64,000 bases of DNA from Bacteroidales bacterium UBA1205 (GTDB lineage Bacteria > Bacteroidota > Bacteroidia > Bacteroidales > WCHB1-69): contig DBXT01000057.1 in assembly GCA_002309615.1 (NCBI GenBank), positions 3,408-67,407 of the forward strand, read 5' to 3'. A program made the translations under genes and the position numbers. This document shows positions 8,642 through 19,127 of the stretch, piece by piece. The notes under the pieces were generated by a model that saw only the letters and a list, made by a program, of their open reading frames with translations, had not been told where the DNA came from and made no database searches. The number at the start of each line of letters is the position of its first letter. Positions within the stretch are counted from its first letter, which is position 1.

Positions 8642-11600
8642 ATGGATAAAATTTTTATGAATATGCTTAGAAAAATACTTTTTACACTTGTAATAGTGTT
8701 ATTTATGGGTAGTATGGCTTTAGGGCAGAATGCTACGATTAAAGGAAAAGTTACCGAAACAGATGGAAAAACTCCCATCGAGTTTGCAAATGTGCAGCTG
8801 ATGCAAGAGGGCTCGTTGGTGATGGGAGCTGTTACGGATGAGGACGGTCAATATACACTTAAACCTATATCGGCAGGTAAATATGACCTTATTGTAACTT
8901 TTACCGGATATGCCAAATATAACTTAACAGGCTTGGAAGTGCATGGTAGTGAAATTAAGATTCAAGATGTGACCATGAGTTCTTCCGCCATAGTAAAAGG
9001 GGAAGTAAAGGTTGTTGCAGAACGTCCGTTGTTTTCTAAGGATCAAACAGTTACAGAAGATAGGGTTACCTCGGAAGAAATGAATAATATGGCCGGTAAA
9101 TCCGTATCCAACGTATTGTCCACCATGGCCGGTGTTACAGTAAGTTCCGGTGGTGGTATGAACGTACGTGGTAATCGTGACGGGCAAACGGCATATTATG
9201 TTGATGGTGTTAAAACATCTTCCGTTCCTCAAGGTGCTATCGGAGAAATGGCTCTTTTGATGGGAGCTCTTCCTGCAAAATACGGTGACGCTACCTCTGT
9301 AGTAGAAATCGAAACCAAAGGCCCTTCTCGTGAACATCACGGAAATGTAGAGGCAACAGGTAGTATAGACGGTTATAATTCTTTTGGTTTGCAGTTTGAC
9401 TTTTCCGGTCCTATAGGCAAACAAAAAGAAGGCGCTACCAAGGTAGGATATTTAATTTCCGGTGAAGCCGGTTACAGCACCGGTGGTGCAGTAAGAGGCG
9501 GTTCCTACAGAGCCAGTCAAGAAACGATAGATTATTTAATACATAACCCCTTACGTGCAGCCGATGCTTCTTCTTCGGCAGCAGTGGCCATGAATGCCAA
9601 TTATGTTACTTTTTATCAAGAAGGAGAAATTCTTTCTTTGGAAGAAAAAAGAGCTCATCGTTTGCAAAATTCATGGTCTTATTCAGGACAGTTGGCAGGT
9701 AAAATAGACATACGTACTCCCAAAAACATTGACTTAATGTTCACAGGAAACGTTTCCTATGGTCGCGGAAGAAGTTATAACTTCAGCAATTCTTTGTTTA
9801 ATTCCGCTAACAACGGCATGTCCAATTCCTTATCATGGAATGTGAATGCTCGTTTCACCCAACGTTTCAATTCCAACAAAGATGCTAAAATCCAAAATGC
9901 ATTTTATCGTTTACAAGCATATTATATTCAATCCAATAGTCATAGTTATAGTCATATTCATAAAGATAATTTGTTCGACTATGGTTATATAGGTAAATTT
10001 GAACATACTATGTCCAAATATTATCAAGGTAATCAGGAAGTGGAGCTTGAAAATGGTGAAATCATTTCCACCAACGCTCTTTCCACCTATTATATATCAG
10101 ATGTAAAATTCACCCCCGGTTCACAAAATTACGCTTTGGCTCAATATACTTTAGGAGCGTATGAACGTGCAGGCGGTACTATAGTAAACGATGAATATCT
10201 TCAAAGATACAAAGGTTTGCGTAACGGAGATTATCCGGGTTCTGCGGCATATGGTTTGTTTACCGCTCCCGGTATTCCTTACAACGGTAACGGCTATTCC
10301 TCCAGTGACCGTATAGGTGCTAAAGCAATGGTATCGTTTGATATTAAAGGTAAAGAAGGAAAAGACCATAATATAGAATTCGGTTTTGAATATATTCAAA
10401 CCACCTCACGCAGTTATTCCATTTCTCCTGTAGGATTATGGACATTAATGCGTCAATATGCCAATTCACATATTCAAGAGTTGGATAAAAACAATCCTAT
10501 ATTCTATTATGATGAAAACGGTCAAATGATAGACACCGTTGACTACAAACGTTTGGTCAGTGTGGATGCCCAAAGCACATTTGACAAAAACATAAGAGCT
10601 AAATTAGGTGCTGCAGAAGATGAATGGATAGACATAGACGCATACGATCCTTCCACCTATTCTTTGGATATGTTCAGTGCAGAAGAATTGTTTAACGGTG
10701 GTAACAATATAGTATCTTATTACGGTTATAATTATACCGGAAATAAGAAAATAAACAAAGCCATCACCATGTCGGATATGCAAAATTGGTTTAATGAAAG
10801 CGATAAATCTTCTAAAAGAGATTTCTCTGTTATAGGAGCTTCCAAGCCCATACGTATGGCTGCTTACATTCAAGATAAATTTGCTATCAAGAGTTTGTAT
10901 TTCAGTTTAGGTTTGCGTTTAGACATATTTGACAATAACCAACCTTACGTTAAAGACCTTTTCTTGTATAGAGAATCATATACTGTAAAAGAAGCACAAA
11001 ATGCAGGTTTAATTTCGAAAGAAACTTATGTTCCTGATTTTATTAGCGGTAGTGATGATTATTACGTATATGTACAAGATGCTGCCTCACAAGATGTAAC
11101 CATTACCGCATATCGTAAGGGTTTAACATGGTACGATGCCGATGGTAATGAGGTAACCGATGCCGCTACTTTGGCAGCCGCTGCCGGACAACCCAACCTT
11201 TTACCTTTGTTAAAAGACCTTCCGGGTGCATCGGATGTAACAAAAGTAAATTATAAGGCATTTGCAGATTATACACCTACATTCTCTAACGGAGGTATTA
11301 CCCTTTCTCCTCGTATTTCTTTCTCATTTGTGGTAGGTGAAAGTTCGGTATTTTCCGCCAGCTATAATATAGTTACCAACACCGCTTCCCAACGTTTGAA
11401 TCCGCTTTCGTATCTCTATTTTGAAAAATTTGCAGGTGCATCTTCAACATTCGCCAACCCTGGTTTGAAACCTGAAAGAAGCATAGATTACGAAGTGGGT
11501 TTCCAACAAGGAATCACCAAAGATTTAAAAGTTGAATTCAAAGCATATTATAGCGAAAAACGTGATCAAGTAGTGGTTTATCACTATAACCAAGCTTATC

Positions 11601-12391
11601 CTCAAAGTTACTATTCTTACACCAATATGGACTTTGGTACCACACAAGGTTTCTTGTTCGGTTTAACCATGCGTAGAGTGAAGAATGTATCTTTCAGAGC
11701 AAGCTATACTTTACAATTTGCTAAAGGTACCGGTTCGGATGCAAGTTCCACTTTGGCTTTAATTCGTTCAGGACAACCTAACTTGCGTACTTTAACCACA
11801 TTGGATTATGACCAACGTCATAAAATCAATTTCAATTTTGAATATTCATTCGGTTTCGGCAATGATTATAACGGACCTCGTTCCACCAAAGCATTGGAAA
11901 ACGGTCGTTCAAGAGAAATCAATTGGTTACAAGGAGCCGGTCTTAGTTTGCAATTAGGCGTGGGTAGCGGTTTGCCGTATACTCGTTCAAGCGTGGCTTA
12001 TTCAACCATAGTAAATCAAGGCAGCCGAAGTGTAGAAGGAGCCATCAACGGTTCTCGTATGCCTTGGGTGGTAGATTGCAATATGAAAATCTGGAAAGAT
12101 TTTATTTTCACTATAAAGAAAGATGAGGATATTAGAAAACAAAAGAGCGGATATTTAAGAGTATATGTATCCATGATGAATTTGTTTAATATTAAGAAAG
12201 TAAGATCAGTTTACTCCTATACAGGAAGTCCGATTGATGATGGTTTCTTAACCGCTAATGATTTTCAACAATATATAGCAGCACAAGAAAATGTTCAATC
12301 TTTCACGGATTATTATAGGATCAGAGTACAAGGAATCAACGCACATGGTTCTCCTATGACGGCAGAATTAGGTGTTGCATTTAGTTTTTAG
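8642..12391 (+). CDS. TonB-dependent-receptor-like outer-membrane protein with N-terminal carboxypeptidase-regulatory-like domain
   Basis: Signal peptide, IKGKVT..DG...IEFANV domain, TonB-box-like EVKVVA, plug motif MNVRGNR....YYVDG, barrel motifs NPGLKPERS.DYEVG and DQRH, C-terminal aromatic VAFSF. Confidence 0.85.
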   Translation: MDKIFMNMLRKILFTLVIVLFMGSMALGQNATIKGKVTETDGKTPIEFANVQLMQEGSLVMGAVTDEDGQYTLKPISAGKYDLIVTFTGYAKYNLTGLEVHGSEIKIQDVTMSSSAIVKGEVKVVAERPLFSKDQTVTEDRVTSEEMNNMAGKSVSNVLSTMAGVTVSSGGGMNVRGNRDGQTAYYVDGVKTSSVPQGAIGEMALLMGALPAKYGDATSVVEIETKGPSREHHGNVEATGSIDGYNSFGLQFDFSGPIGKQKEGATKVGYLISGEAGYSTGGAVRGGSYRASQETIDYLIHNPLRAADASSSAAVAMNANYVTFYQEGEILSLEEKRAHRLQNSWSYSGQLAGKIDIRTPKNIDLMFTGNVSYGRGRSYNFSNSLFNSANNGMSNSLSWNVNARFTQRFNSNKDAKIQNAFYRLQAYYIQSNSHSYSHIHKDNLFDYGYIGKFEHTMSKYYQGNQEVELENGEIISTNALSTYYISDVKFTPGSQNYALAQYTLGAYERAGGTIVNDEYLQRYKGLRNGDYPGSAAYGLFTAPGIPYNGNGYSSSDRIGAKAMVSFDIKGKEGKDHNIEFGFEYIQTTSRSYSISPVGLWTLMRQYANSHIQELDKNNPIFYYDENGQMIDTVDYKRLVSVDAQSTFDKNIRAKLGAAEDEWIDIDAYDPSTYSLDMFSAEELFNGGNNIVSYYGYNYTGNKKINKAITMSDMQNWFNESDKSSKRDFSVIGASKPIRMAAYIQDKFAIKSLYFSLGLRLDIFDNNQPYVKDLFLYRESYTVKEAQNAGLISKETYVPDFISGSDDYYVYVQDAASQDVTITAYRKGLTWYDADGNEVTDAATLAAAAGQPNLLPLLKDLPGASDVTKVNYKAFADYTPTFSNGGITLSPRISFSFVVGESSVFSASYNIVTNTASQRLNPLSYLYFEKFAGASSTFANPGLKPERSIDYEVGFQQGITKDLKVEFKAYYSEKRDQVVVYHYNQAYPQSYYSYTNMDFGTTQGFLFGLTMRRVKNVSFRASYTLQFAKGTGSDASSTLALIRSGQPNLRTLTTLDYDQRHKINFNFEYSFGFGNDYNGPRSTKALENGRSREINWLQGAGLSLQLGVGSGLPYTRSSVAYSTIVNQGSRSVEGAINGSRMPWVVDCNMKIWKDFIFTIKKDEDIRKQKSGYLRVYVSMMNLFNIKKVRSVYSYTGSPIDDGFLTANDFQQYIAAQENVQSFTDYYRIRVQGINAHGSPMTAELGVAFSF

Positions 12392-12426
12392 TAAATAGGG
12401 TAAAAAATTAAGAAAAAGATATCATA

Positions 12427-15400
12427 ATGAAAAATATCGTTAAACTATTTAGTATTGTTATAGTAGCATCATTGACGACTATGGGCACAGCAAAGGCAGA
12501 GTTATTTGTTGGAGACCCTGTACGAAAAGCTACTGTTATGAGTAGAAAGGCTGCCGAATGTGTACCTGCATCCGGTTCAAGTCAATTAAGTGTGAACAAC
12601 GTTCGTGCTTATATCGAAACCAGTGGTTCTATGTGGTTTCAAAGCAGTAAAGCGCAATATTTCATCCCTAAATCCGGTAATGCCTCTTCCATGTTTGCCG
12701 CAGCATTATGGATTGGTGGTATGGACGTTGCAGGTCAGTTAAAATTGGCTGCATTGCGATTCAAACAGATAGGTAACGACTTCTGGCCGGGGCCGCTGTT
12801 GTTGAGTGATGCAACAATAGACCAAGCCACATGTTCAATGTACGATAAACATTTTTACATGACCAAAGTAATGGCTCGAAACCATAGAGATAGTTTTAAC
12901 TTACCGGGCTATACCATGCCTAAAGAAATTAAAGAATGGCCGGGTAACCCTATAGACGGCAACTCCAAGCAAAGTTGGTATATTGCTCCTTACGTGGATG
13001 TTGACGGTGACGGAAGTTACAATCCCGACAATGGTGATTATCCGTATTATGATTTCGACAACGATTTGTGCCCTTGGACAGAAAAAAACAGATCTTTGGC
13101 AGCTGAAGGTCGTTTGCCTCAAACCATGGAAACACAAAATAATATTTCCACGGGAGGTATTATGGCAGACCAAGTGTTGAAAGGTGATGCCACCTTATGG
13201 TGGATATTCAACGATAAAGGTGCAGCCCACACCGAAAGTAAAGGCCCGTCTATAGGTTTGGAAATCAGGGCCCAAGCCTTCGGTTTTGCTACCACCGATG
13301 AATTGAATAATATGACATTCTATTCTTATGAAATCATCAACCGTTCCACTTATGAATTAACCGAAACTTATTTCAGTCAATGGGTAGACCCCGATTTGGG
13401 ATATTCAAAAGACGACTATGTGGGATGTGATGTTGAAAGAGGTTTGGGCTATTGCTACAACGGTACGGCAGTTGACGGTAATGGTCTTCCTACCGAATAT
13501 GGAGCCAACCCTCCTGCAGTAGGTGTTGACTTTTTCCAAGGTCCTTATTTGGATGCCGACGGTTATGATAACCCGTCTTATAAAGGTGACAATTTTTATG
13601 GTCCTTCATTTTCGGTAAATTACGGCAATGTATGCGAAATAGTTACCGCACATGAAACCATGAGAGAGTTTACATGGCATCTTAAATTTGATACCGCAAG
13701 CGGAGCTTGGATAGATACCACTGCTTATGTACCCGTAAGAGCTGAAGCTATCAACGGTGTGAATTTTGGTGACGGTATAGTGGATAACGAACGTTTTGGT
13801 ATGAGACGTTTTGTATATCACAACAACGATAACTCCAATACCGGTGACCCGAGTATAGCTGTTGACTATTACAATATGTTAAGAGGTATTTGGAAAGATA
13901 ACACGCCTATGCGTTATGGTGCCAATGGTCACTATAGCCAAACCGGTACAGGTGCTCCTGAATGTGACTTTATGTTTCCCGGTGACACCGACCCGTGTAA
14001 TTGGGGTACCAAAGGAGAAAACCCCGGCTTGTTGTGGACAGAAGAAGCAGTGGGTAATGCTCCTGAAGACCGTCGTTTTATGCAGTCTGCCGGTCCGTTT
14101 ACTTTGAAGGCCGGTTCTATCAACTATATCACTGTGGGTATTCCATGGGCAAGAGCAACAGGAACTCCTTGGGCTTCCGTTTTACTTTTGAAAGCCGTGG
14201 ACGACAAAGCTCAAACTTTGTTTGAAAGCTGTTTTAAAGTAGTGGACGGTCCTGATGCTCCTGATTTGGTATTCCAAGAAATGGATCAAAAGGTGATATG
14301 CTACATTACCAATTCGGCATCTTCAAACAACTATAAAGAACTTTACGAAGAAGAAGATCCTTCTATTCCCAGATACAGAGTAAAATCATCTATTGATACA
14401 GAAGTAGATACTTTACAAGTGGTGAGAATAGATACATTATTAGATATCAACGGTCAAGATTCTTTGGTGTATACAGTATATGACACCACCTATACAAGAG
14501 CTATAGAAAAATCAGATACCATATACCATGATATATATTATAAATTTGAAGGATACCAAATTTATCAATTAGCAGATGCCAATGTAGGTGCAGCCGAATT
14601 AACCGATCCCAGCAAAGCTCGTTTGGCATTCCAATGTGATATTAAAAACGGTGTGGCCACGTTGATTAATTATGAATATGATGCAACGGTAAGCACAGAA
14701 GTTCCGAAGTCTAAGGTGGAAGGTGTTGATAATGGTATCTCCCATAGTTTTGAACTCACGGAAGATAAATTCGGAGAAAGACTTATCAATCACCAAAAAT
14801 ATTATTATATGGCAATAGCATATGCTTATAATAATTATGAACCTTATGGTACCAGTTCTGATAATCCGGACGGATTGTTCGGTCAAAAAGCTCCTTATTT
14901 GGCAGGTAATAAAAATGTTAAATTATACACCGTTATTCCTCACAAGAATGCTATAGAAGAAAACGGAACCATAGCTAATTCGGTATATGGAACACAACCT
15001 CAAATAACACAATTGGAAGGACAAGGAAACGGAGGTAACGCATTAAGACTTACCAAAGCAACGGTAGAAGAAATATTGGCAAACGGTAAAGCCGATAGTT
15101 TGGTATTTGAAATCAATGCAGGACCTATAGGTGTAAAAGTAATAGACCCCTTGCAGGTAGTGGGTTCTGATTATATAGTAAGATTCTTCAATCCCGACAG
15201 CACCAGCGACAATGTTACCGATGAAACAATGTGGCAATTGGAATATACCACCGCTTCGGGTAATGATACTATCATCGTTTCCGAACAACCTATTTCGGTT
15301 CAAAACGAACAATTGTTTACCAATTTAGGTATTTCAATCTCTATCAACAATGCTAAATTCGTACCTTTGTGTGACTTTATAGACAAAGAAAACACAAACG

Positions 15401-16938
15401 CATACTATTTGTATTCTACAGTACAACATATCACCACTACTTCTGAAATGACAGGTCAAGTATTGATATCTTTCTTACCGGACCAAGGTAGTGAAGGTAT
15501 ATATAATTGGATACGTTCAGGTCAAACCCGTTCGGGCGATTGGGCATTGGGTAAACAAACATACGAACAGGCACGTCAGGAAGATTATTATATTAAGTTA
15601 ATCAGTTCCGATGGCAAAGGAATTACCACCAACGGTGCCTCTACTTATACTTGTTGGTTGGATAAGGACAAACAATTTGAAAAACTTTTGAATGCCACTT
15701 GGGCTCCTTACGCATTAACTTCAATATATGACAACTCTCCGGGTTATGGTTTTGAATCACCGGAATACAAAGATGCATACGGCAATTTATTGGATAGCGT
15801 TAGAATCAACGAAAATCCGTTCCAAACCACTTATCCTCTCATGACGGAATTGTATAGTGTGGATATAGTGTTTACACCGGATACCAATTTATGGACAAGA
15901 TGTCCTGTGGTGGAAATAGGAAGCGATTCCAATGCTACTATAGGCAATGCAAAACGTCACAATTTGAGAAAGAGTCCGTCAGTAGGCAAAGACGGCAAAC
16001 CTGACGGAAGCGGTTATGGTATGAGTTGGTTCCCCGGCTATGCTATTTGTATAGAAACAGGAGAACGTTTGAACATCATGTTCGGTGAAGATTCCCGTAT
16101 GGGAGGTGAAGGAAATAACGGTACCGATATGATATTCAATCCGGGAAGAACTGTTATCTACAATACCGGTACCGGATATATAGCCGGCGGCGGACATTAT
16201 ATCTATATTATGGGTCATAGAGATTTATACAAAGATAAAGGTGTAAATAGCTATGAATACGAAGAAGCAACTTCCAACAGAATATGTCCGGCATATGATA
16301 ATGGTGCTTGGTTGTATAACGAGTTAAAAACCATAGAAGGAATGGCACCCGGCAATGTTCGAAATATTAGAAAGAATTATCTGTACAAAAATGCAATGTG
16401 GACATCTATTCCTATTGTTTATGGTGAAAATTGGTTGCCTGCAGGTTCGGAATATAAGATTTCCATTCGTGTAAGCAGACCATACCAACGTTGGTCGTCA
16501 ACAAAGAATGTAGGAGTAAATAATCCTACCAACGATAACATGCCTATGTATAAATTCACCACTAAGAACATAGCAACATTATATAACCAACAAAAAGTTG
16601 CGGAAGATCATATGGATAGCATTTATATAGTGCCTAATCCTTATTACGGAGTAGCTTTCGGAGGTTATGAAAATTCTCAAGTAGATACAAGGGTTAAATT
16701 GGTGAATTTGCCTAAGAGTTGTAAAATAAAGGTGTTTACTTTGGACGGAACATTAATACGTTCGTTTGACAAACCTGACGATGGTACTACTTTATTGGAA
16801 TGGGATTTGAAAAATTCAGCCAATATCCCCATTGCAAGCGGTATGTATATCATTCATATACGAGACAATAAATATAATACAGAAAAAACTGTTAAATTCT
16901 TATGTATACAACGTCCATTCGATGTTAACGCATTCTAA
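12427..16938 (+). CDS. Large secreted protein with T9SS-type C-terminal sorting domain
   Basis: Signal peptide ending AKA; DVDGDG Ca-binding-like loop; C-terminal VPNPY...KIKVFTLDGTLIR...WDLKN....IASGMYIIH. Confidence 0.8.
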   Translation: MKNIVKLFSIVIVASLTTMGTAKAELFVGDPVRKATVMSRKAAECVPASGSSQLSVNNVRAYIETSGSMWFQSSKAQYFIPKSGNASSMFAAALWIGGMDVAGQLKLAALRFKQIGNDFWPGPLLLSDATIDQATCSMYDKHFYMTKVMARNHRDSFNLPGYTMPKEIKEWPGNPIDGNSKQSWYIAPYVDVDGDGSYNPDNGDYPYYDFDNDLCPWTEKNRSLAAEGRLPQTMETQNNISTGGIMADQVLKGDATLWWIFNDKGAAHTESKGPSIGLEIRAQAFGFATTDELNNMTFYSYEIINRSTYELTETYFSQWVDPDLGYSKDDYVGCDVERGLGYCYNGTAVDGNGLPTEYGANPPAVGVDFFQGPYLDADGYDNPSYKGDNFYGPSFSVNYGNVCEIVTAHETMREFTWHLKFDTASGAWIDTTAYVPVRAEAINGVNFGDGIVDNERFGMRRFVYHNNDNSNTGDPSIAVDYYNMLRGIWKDNTPMRYGANGHYSQTGTGAPECDFMFPGDTDPCNWGTKGENPGLLWTEEAVGNAPEDRRFMQSAGPFTLKAGSINYITVGIPWARATGTPWASVLLLKAVDDKAQTLFESCFKVVDGPDAPDLVFQEMDQKVICYITNSASSNNYKELYEEEDPSIPRYRVKSSIDTEVDTLQVVRIDTLLDINGQDSLVYTVYDTTYTRAIEKSDTIYHDIYYKFEGYQIYQLADANVGAAELTDPSKARLAFQCDIKNGVATLINYEYDATVSTEVPKSKVEGVDNGISHSFELTEDKFGERLINHQKYYYMAIAYAYNNYEPYGTSSDNPDGLFGQKAPYLAGNKNVKLYTVIPHKNAIEENGTIANSVYGTQPQITQLEGQGNGGNALRLTKATVEEILANGKADSLVFEINAGPIGVKVIDPLQVVGSDYIVRFFNPDSTSDNVTDETMWQLEYTTASGNDTIIVSEQPISVQNEQLFTNLGISISINNAKFVPLCDFIDKENTNAYYLYSTVQHITTTSEMTGQVLISFLPDQGSEGIYNWIRSGQTRSGDWALGKQTYEQARQEDYYIKLISSDGKGITTNGASTYTCWLDKDKQFEKLLNATWAPYALTSIYDNSPGYGFESPEYKDAYGNLLDSVRINENPFQTTYPLMTELYSVDIVFTPDTNLWTRCPVVEIGSDSNATIGNAKRHNLRKSPSVGKDGKPDGSGYGMSWFPGYAICIETGERLNIMFGEDSRMGGEGNNGTDMIFNPGRTVIYNTGTGYIAGGGHYIYIMGHRDLYKDKGVNSYEYEEATSNRICPAYDNGAWLYNELKTIEGMAPGNVRNIRKNYLYKNAMWTSIPIVYGENWLPAGSEYKISIRVSRPYQRWSSTKNVGVNNPTNDNMPMYKFTTKNIATLYNQQKVAEDHMDSIYIVPNPYYGVAFGGYENSQVDTRVKLVNLPKSCKIKVFTLDGTLIRSFDKPDDGTTLLEWDLKNSANIPIASGMYIIHIRDNKYNTEKTVKFLCIQRPFDVNAF

Positions 16939-16964
16939 TTCTAACTTAATAGTAGTAATTTAAA

Positions 16965-18119
16965 ATGATGATAAAGATGAAAAACATATACAGAACAATC
17001 TTAGCAGTATCATTAATGATAATAGTAGCGTTTGCATCACAATCGGCGCAAGCAGGTAATAAAGACCGTTCCGGTCAGGCAGCAGCCAATTATTTATTAA
17101 TCAATCCTTGGGCAGGTACCAATGGTTGGGCCGGAGTAGGAATTTCTTCCACCAAAGGAATACAGTCTACTTTCACCAATGTGGCAGGTATGGCATTCAC
17201 TCGTAAAACAGAAATTGCTTATACCAATACCATATACAATGTAGGTGCAAAAATACAATTGAATGCTTTCGGTATAGTGCAAGCATTAAGTAAAGACGGT
17301 TATGCCGGTAATTTGGGTGTTACCGCATCCATTCTTACTTATGGTGACATACCTATCACCACAGTGGAACAGCCTGAAGGAGGTTTGGGATATTTTAAAA
17401 ACACCGATTTGGTTTTAGGATTGTCTTACGCACGTTCGTTTTCTGACAACGTACATGCCGGAGTAACAATTAAAATAGCCAACTCTACAACATCCAACGT
17501 TACGGCCACCAGTTTTGCAATAGATGCCGGTGTGCAATATGTAGCCGGTAGAAACGATCAGTTGCAGTTGGGTGTGGTGTTAAAAAACATAGGAACACCC
17601 ATGGCTTACAAGGGCAGCGGTATGTCTATCAGAGGAACAGGAGCTAATGATAAAAACAGCATATTGCATTCTTTTTTGGTAGCCTCCGAATCTGCTGAAA
17701 TGCCTGCTTTGTTAGCATTAGGTTTTTCCTACGATTTCTTGTTTGCCGGCAAACAAGCCAGTTCTTCCACCGAATCGGGAACAAAGGCAAGAGTAACCAG
17801 AGCAACGGCAGCCCATCGTTTGACATTGGCCGGTTCGTTTGTTGCTAATGCTTATTCTCGCGACCAGTTCATTTTCGGTGCAGAGTATAGCTTAATGGAT
17901 TATTTCCAAGTAAGAGCGGGCTATATATTTGAAGCAGGAATGTTTAATGAAAAAACAGCCACCTCCAACAATTGGGGACCTACAGCAGGCGTTTCATTGT
18001 TGGCTCCTTTGGCAAAAAAATCGGTTAATCCGTCGTCACGTTTAGCGATAGATTATTCCTATAGATTTACAAGGGAATATAAAGGTTGTCACGCAATAGG
18101 AGTTCGTATTATCCTCTAA
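16965..18119 (+). CDS. PorV/PorQ-family (FadL-like) outer-membrane beta-barrel
   Basis: Signal peptide, GQAAANYLLI.P.A, NVAG.A hatch motif, YGDI..TT, GLSYARSFSD, FAIDAGVQY, LKNIG and alternating beta-strands. Confidence 0.8.
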   Translation: MMIKMKNIYRTILAVSLMIIVAFASQSAQAGNKDRSGQAAANYLLINPWAGTNGWAGVGISSTKGIQSTFTNVAGMAFTRKTEIAYTNTIYNVGAKIQLNAFGIVQALSKDGYAGNLGVTASILTYGDIPITTVEQPEGGLGYFKNTDLVLGLSYARSFSDNVHAGVTIKIANSTTSNVTATSFAIDAGVQYVAGRNDQLQLGVVLKNIGTPMAYKGSGMSIRGTGANDKNSILHSFLVASESAEMPALLALGFSYDFLFAGKQASSSTESGTKARVTRATAAHRLTLAGSFVANAYSRDQFIFGAEYSLMDYFQVRAGYIFEAGMFNEKTATSNNWGPTAGVSLLAPLAKKSVNPSSRLAIDYSYRFTREYKGCHAIGVRIIL

Positions 18120-18149
18120 AGAAGAATTAGATATTAAGTAAAATTTAGG

Positions 18150-18187
18150 TAGAGGCGCCCTTGATTAAGGGCGGCTCTATGTTTTTT
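18150..18187 (+). terminator. Intrinsic terminator closing the TBDR/cargo/PorV unit
   Basis: TAGAG-G-CGCCCTT-GATT-AAGGGCG-G-CTCTA stem followed by TGTTTTTT. Confidence 0.75.
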
Positions 18188-18201
18188 GTAATATAAAAGA
18201 T

Positions 18202-18678
18202 ATGGGAGAAATAAAATATTATACAGAAGAAGGGTTAGCCGCATTAAAAGAAGAATTGGATTATCTGATGACAGTAGAACGTAAAAAAGTGTCACAAGAG
18301 ATAGCAGAAGCCAGAGATAAGGGCGATTTGAGCGAAAATGCAGAATACGATGCGGCAAAAGAAAAACAAGGGCTGTTGGAAATGAAAATTGCTAAAATGC
18401 AGGATTTGGTGTACAATGCCAGAATATTGGATGAATCTAAATTAGATGTGTCCAAGGTGTTGCTTTTTTCGGCAGTAAAGGTGAAAAATAAAAAGAATAA
18501 TGCTATTATCACCTATAATATAGTTCCCGAAACAGAGGCAGATATCAAAACCATGAAAATATCCATAACATCACCTATAGCAAAAGGTTTGCTCGGAAAA
18601 GGAGTCGGTGACGTGGTGGAAATTAAAATTCCTGCCGGTAAATTGGAAGTGGAAATATTGGAAATAAAAAGAATTTGA
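18202..18678 (+). CDS. greA: Transcription elongation factor GreA
   Basis: EARDKGDLSENAEYDAAKE and ISITSPIAKGLLGK motifs. Confidence 0.96.
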   Translation: MGEIKYYTEEGLAALKEELDYLMTVERKKVSQEIAEARDKGDLSENAEYDAAKEKQGLLEMKIAKMQDLVYNARILDESKLDVSKVLLFSAVKVKNKKNNAIITYNIVPETEADIKTMKISITSPIAKGLLGKGVGDVVEIKIPAGKLEVEILEIKRI

Positions 18679-18679
18679 T

Positions 18680-19075
18680 ATGGAAACAATTTTTTCAAGA
18701 ATTATCAAAGGAGAAATTCCTTGTTATAAAGTAGCGGAAGATAACCGTTTTTTTGCCTTTTTGGATATCAATCCTTTAGCCGTAGGACATACTTTGGTGG
18801 TGCCCAAGAAAGTTACGGATTACATATTTGATATAGATGATGAGGAATTGGGTGCAATGGTTGTTTTTGCCAAAAAAGTGGCAAAAGCTATTAAAGCCAA
18901 TTATCCTTGTGCCAAAGTAGGTATGACGGTAATAGGCTTGGAAGTACCTCATGCACACATACATTTAGTGCCTATTAATGGTGTTAACGATATTGATTTC
19001 CGTCGTGAAAAGGTAAAACTCTCCGATGAAGAATTCAGGGCTGTTGCCGCTAAACTGGCTGCAAGTATAAAATAA
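18680..19075 (+). CDS. HIT-family nucleotide-binding protein
   Basis: IFSRII.GEIP, AFLDINP..GHTLVVPK and histidine triad HAHIH. Confidence 0.95.
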   Translation: METIFSRIIKGEIPCYKVAEDNRFFAFLDINPLAVGHTLVVPKKVTDYIFDIDDEELGAMVVFAKKVAKAIKANYPCAKVGMTVIGLEVPHAHIHLVPINGVNDIDFRREKVKLSDEEFRAVAAKLAASIK

Positions 19076-19097
19076 TTCAAGAGAAAATGAATATTTA

Positions 19098-19127
19098 AAG
19101 AGGGAATGTGGAAACACGTTCCCTCTT
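19098..19127 (+). terminator. Hairpin, probable terminator of greA-hit
   Basis: AAGAGGGAATGTG-GAAA-CACGTTCCCTCTT, 13-bp stem with one G-U pair and a GNRA loop. Confidence 0.65.
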
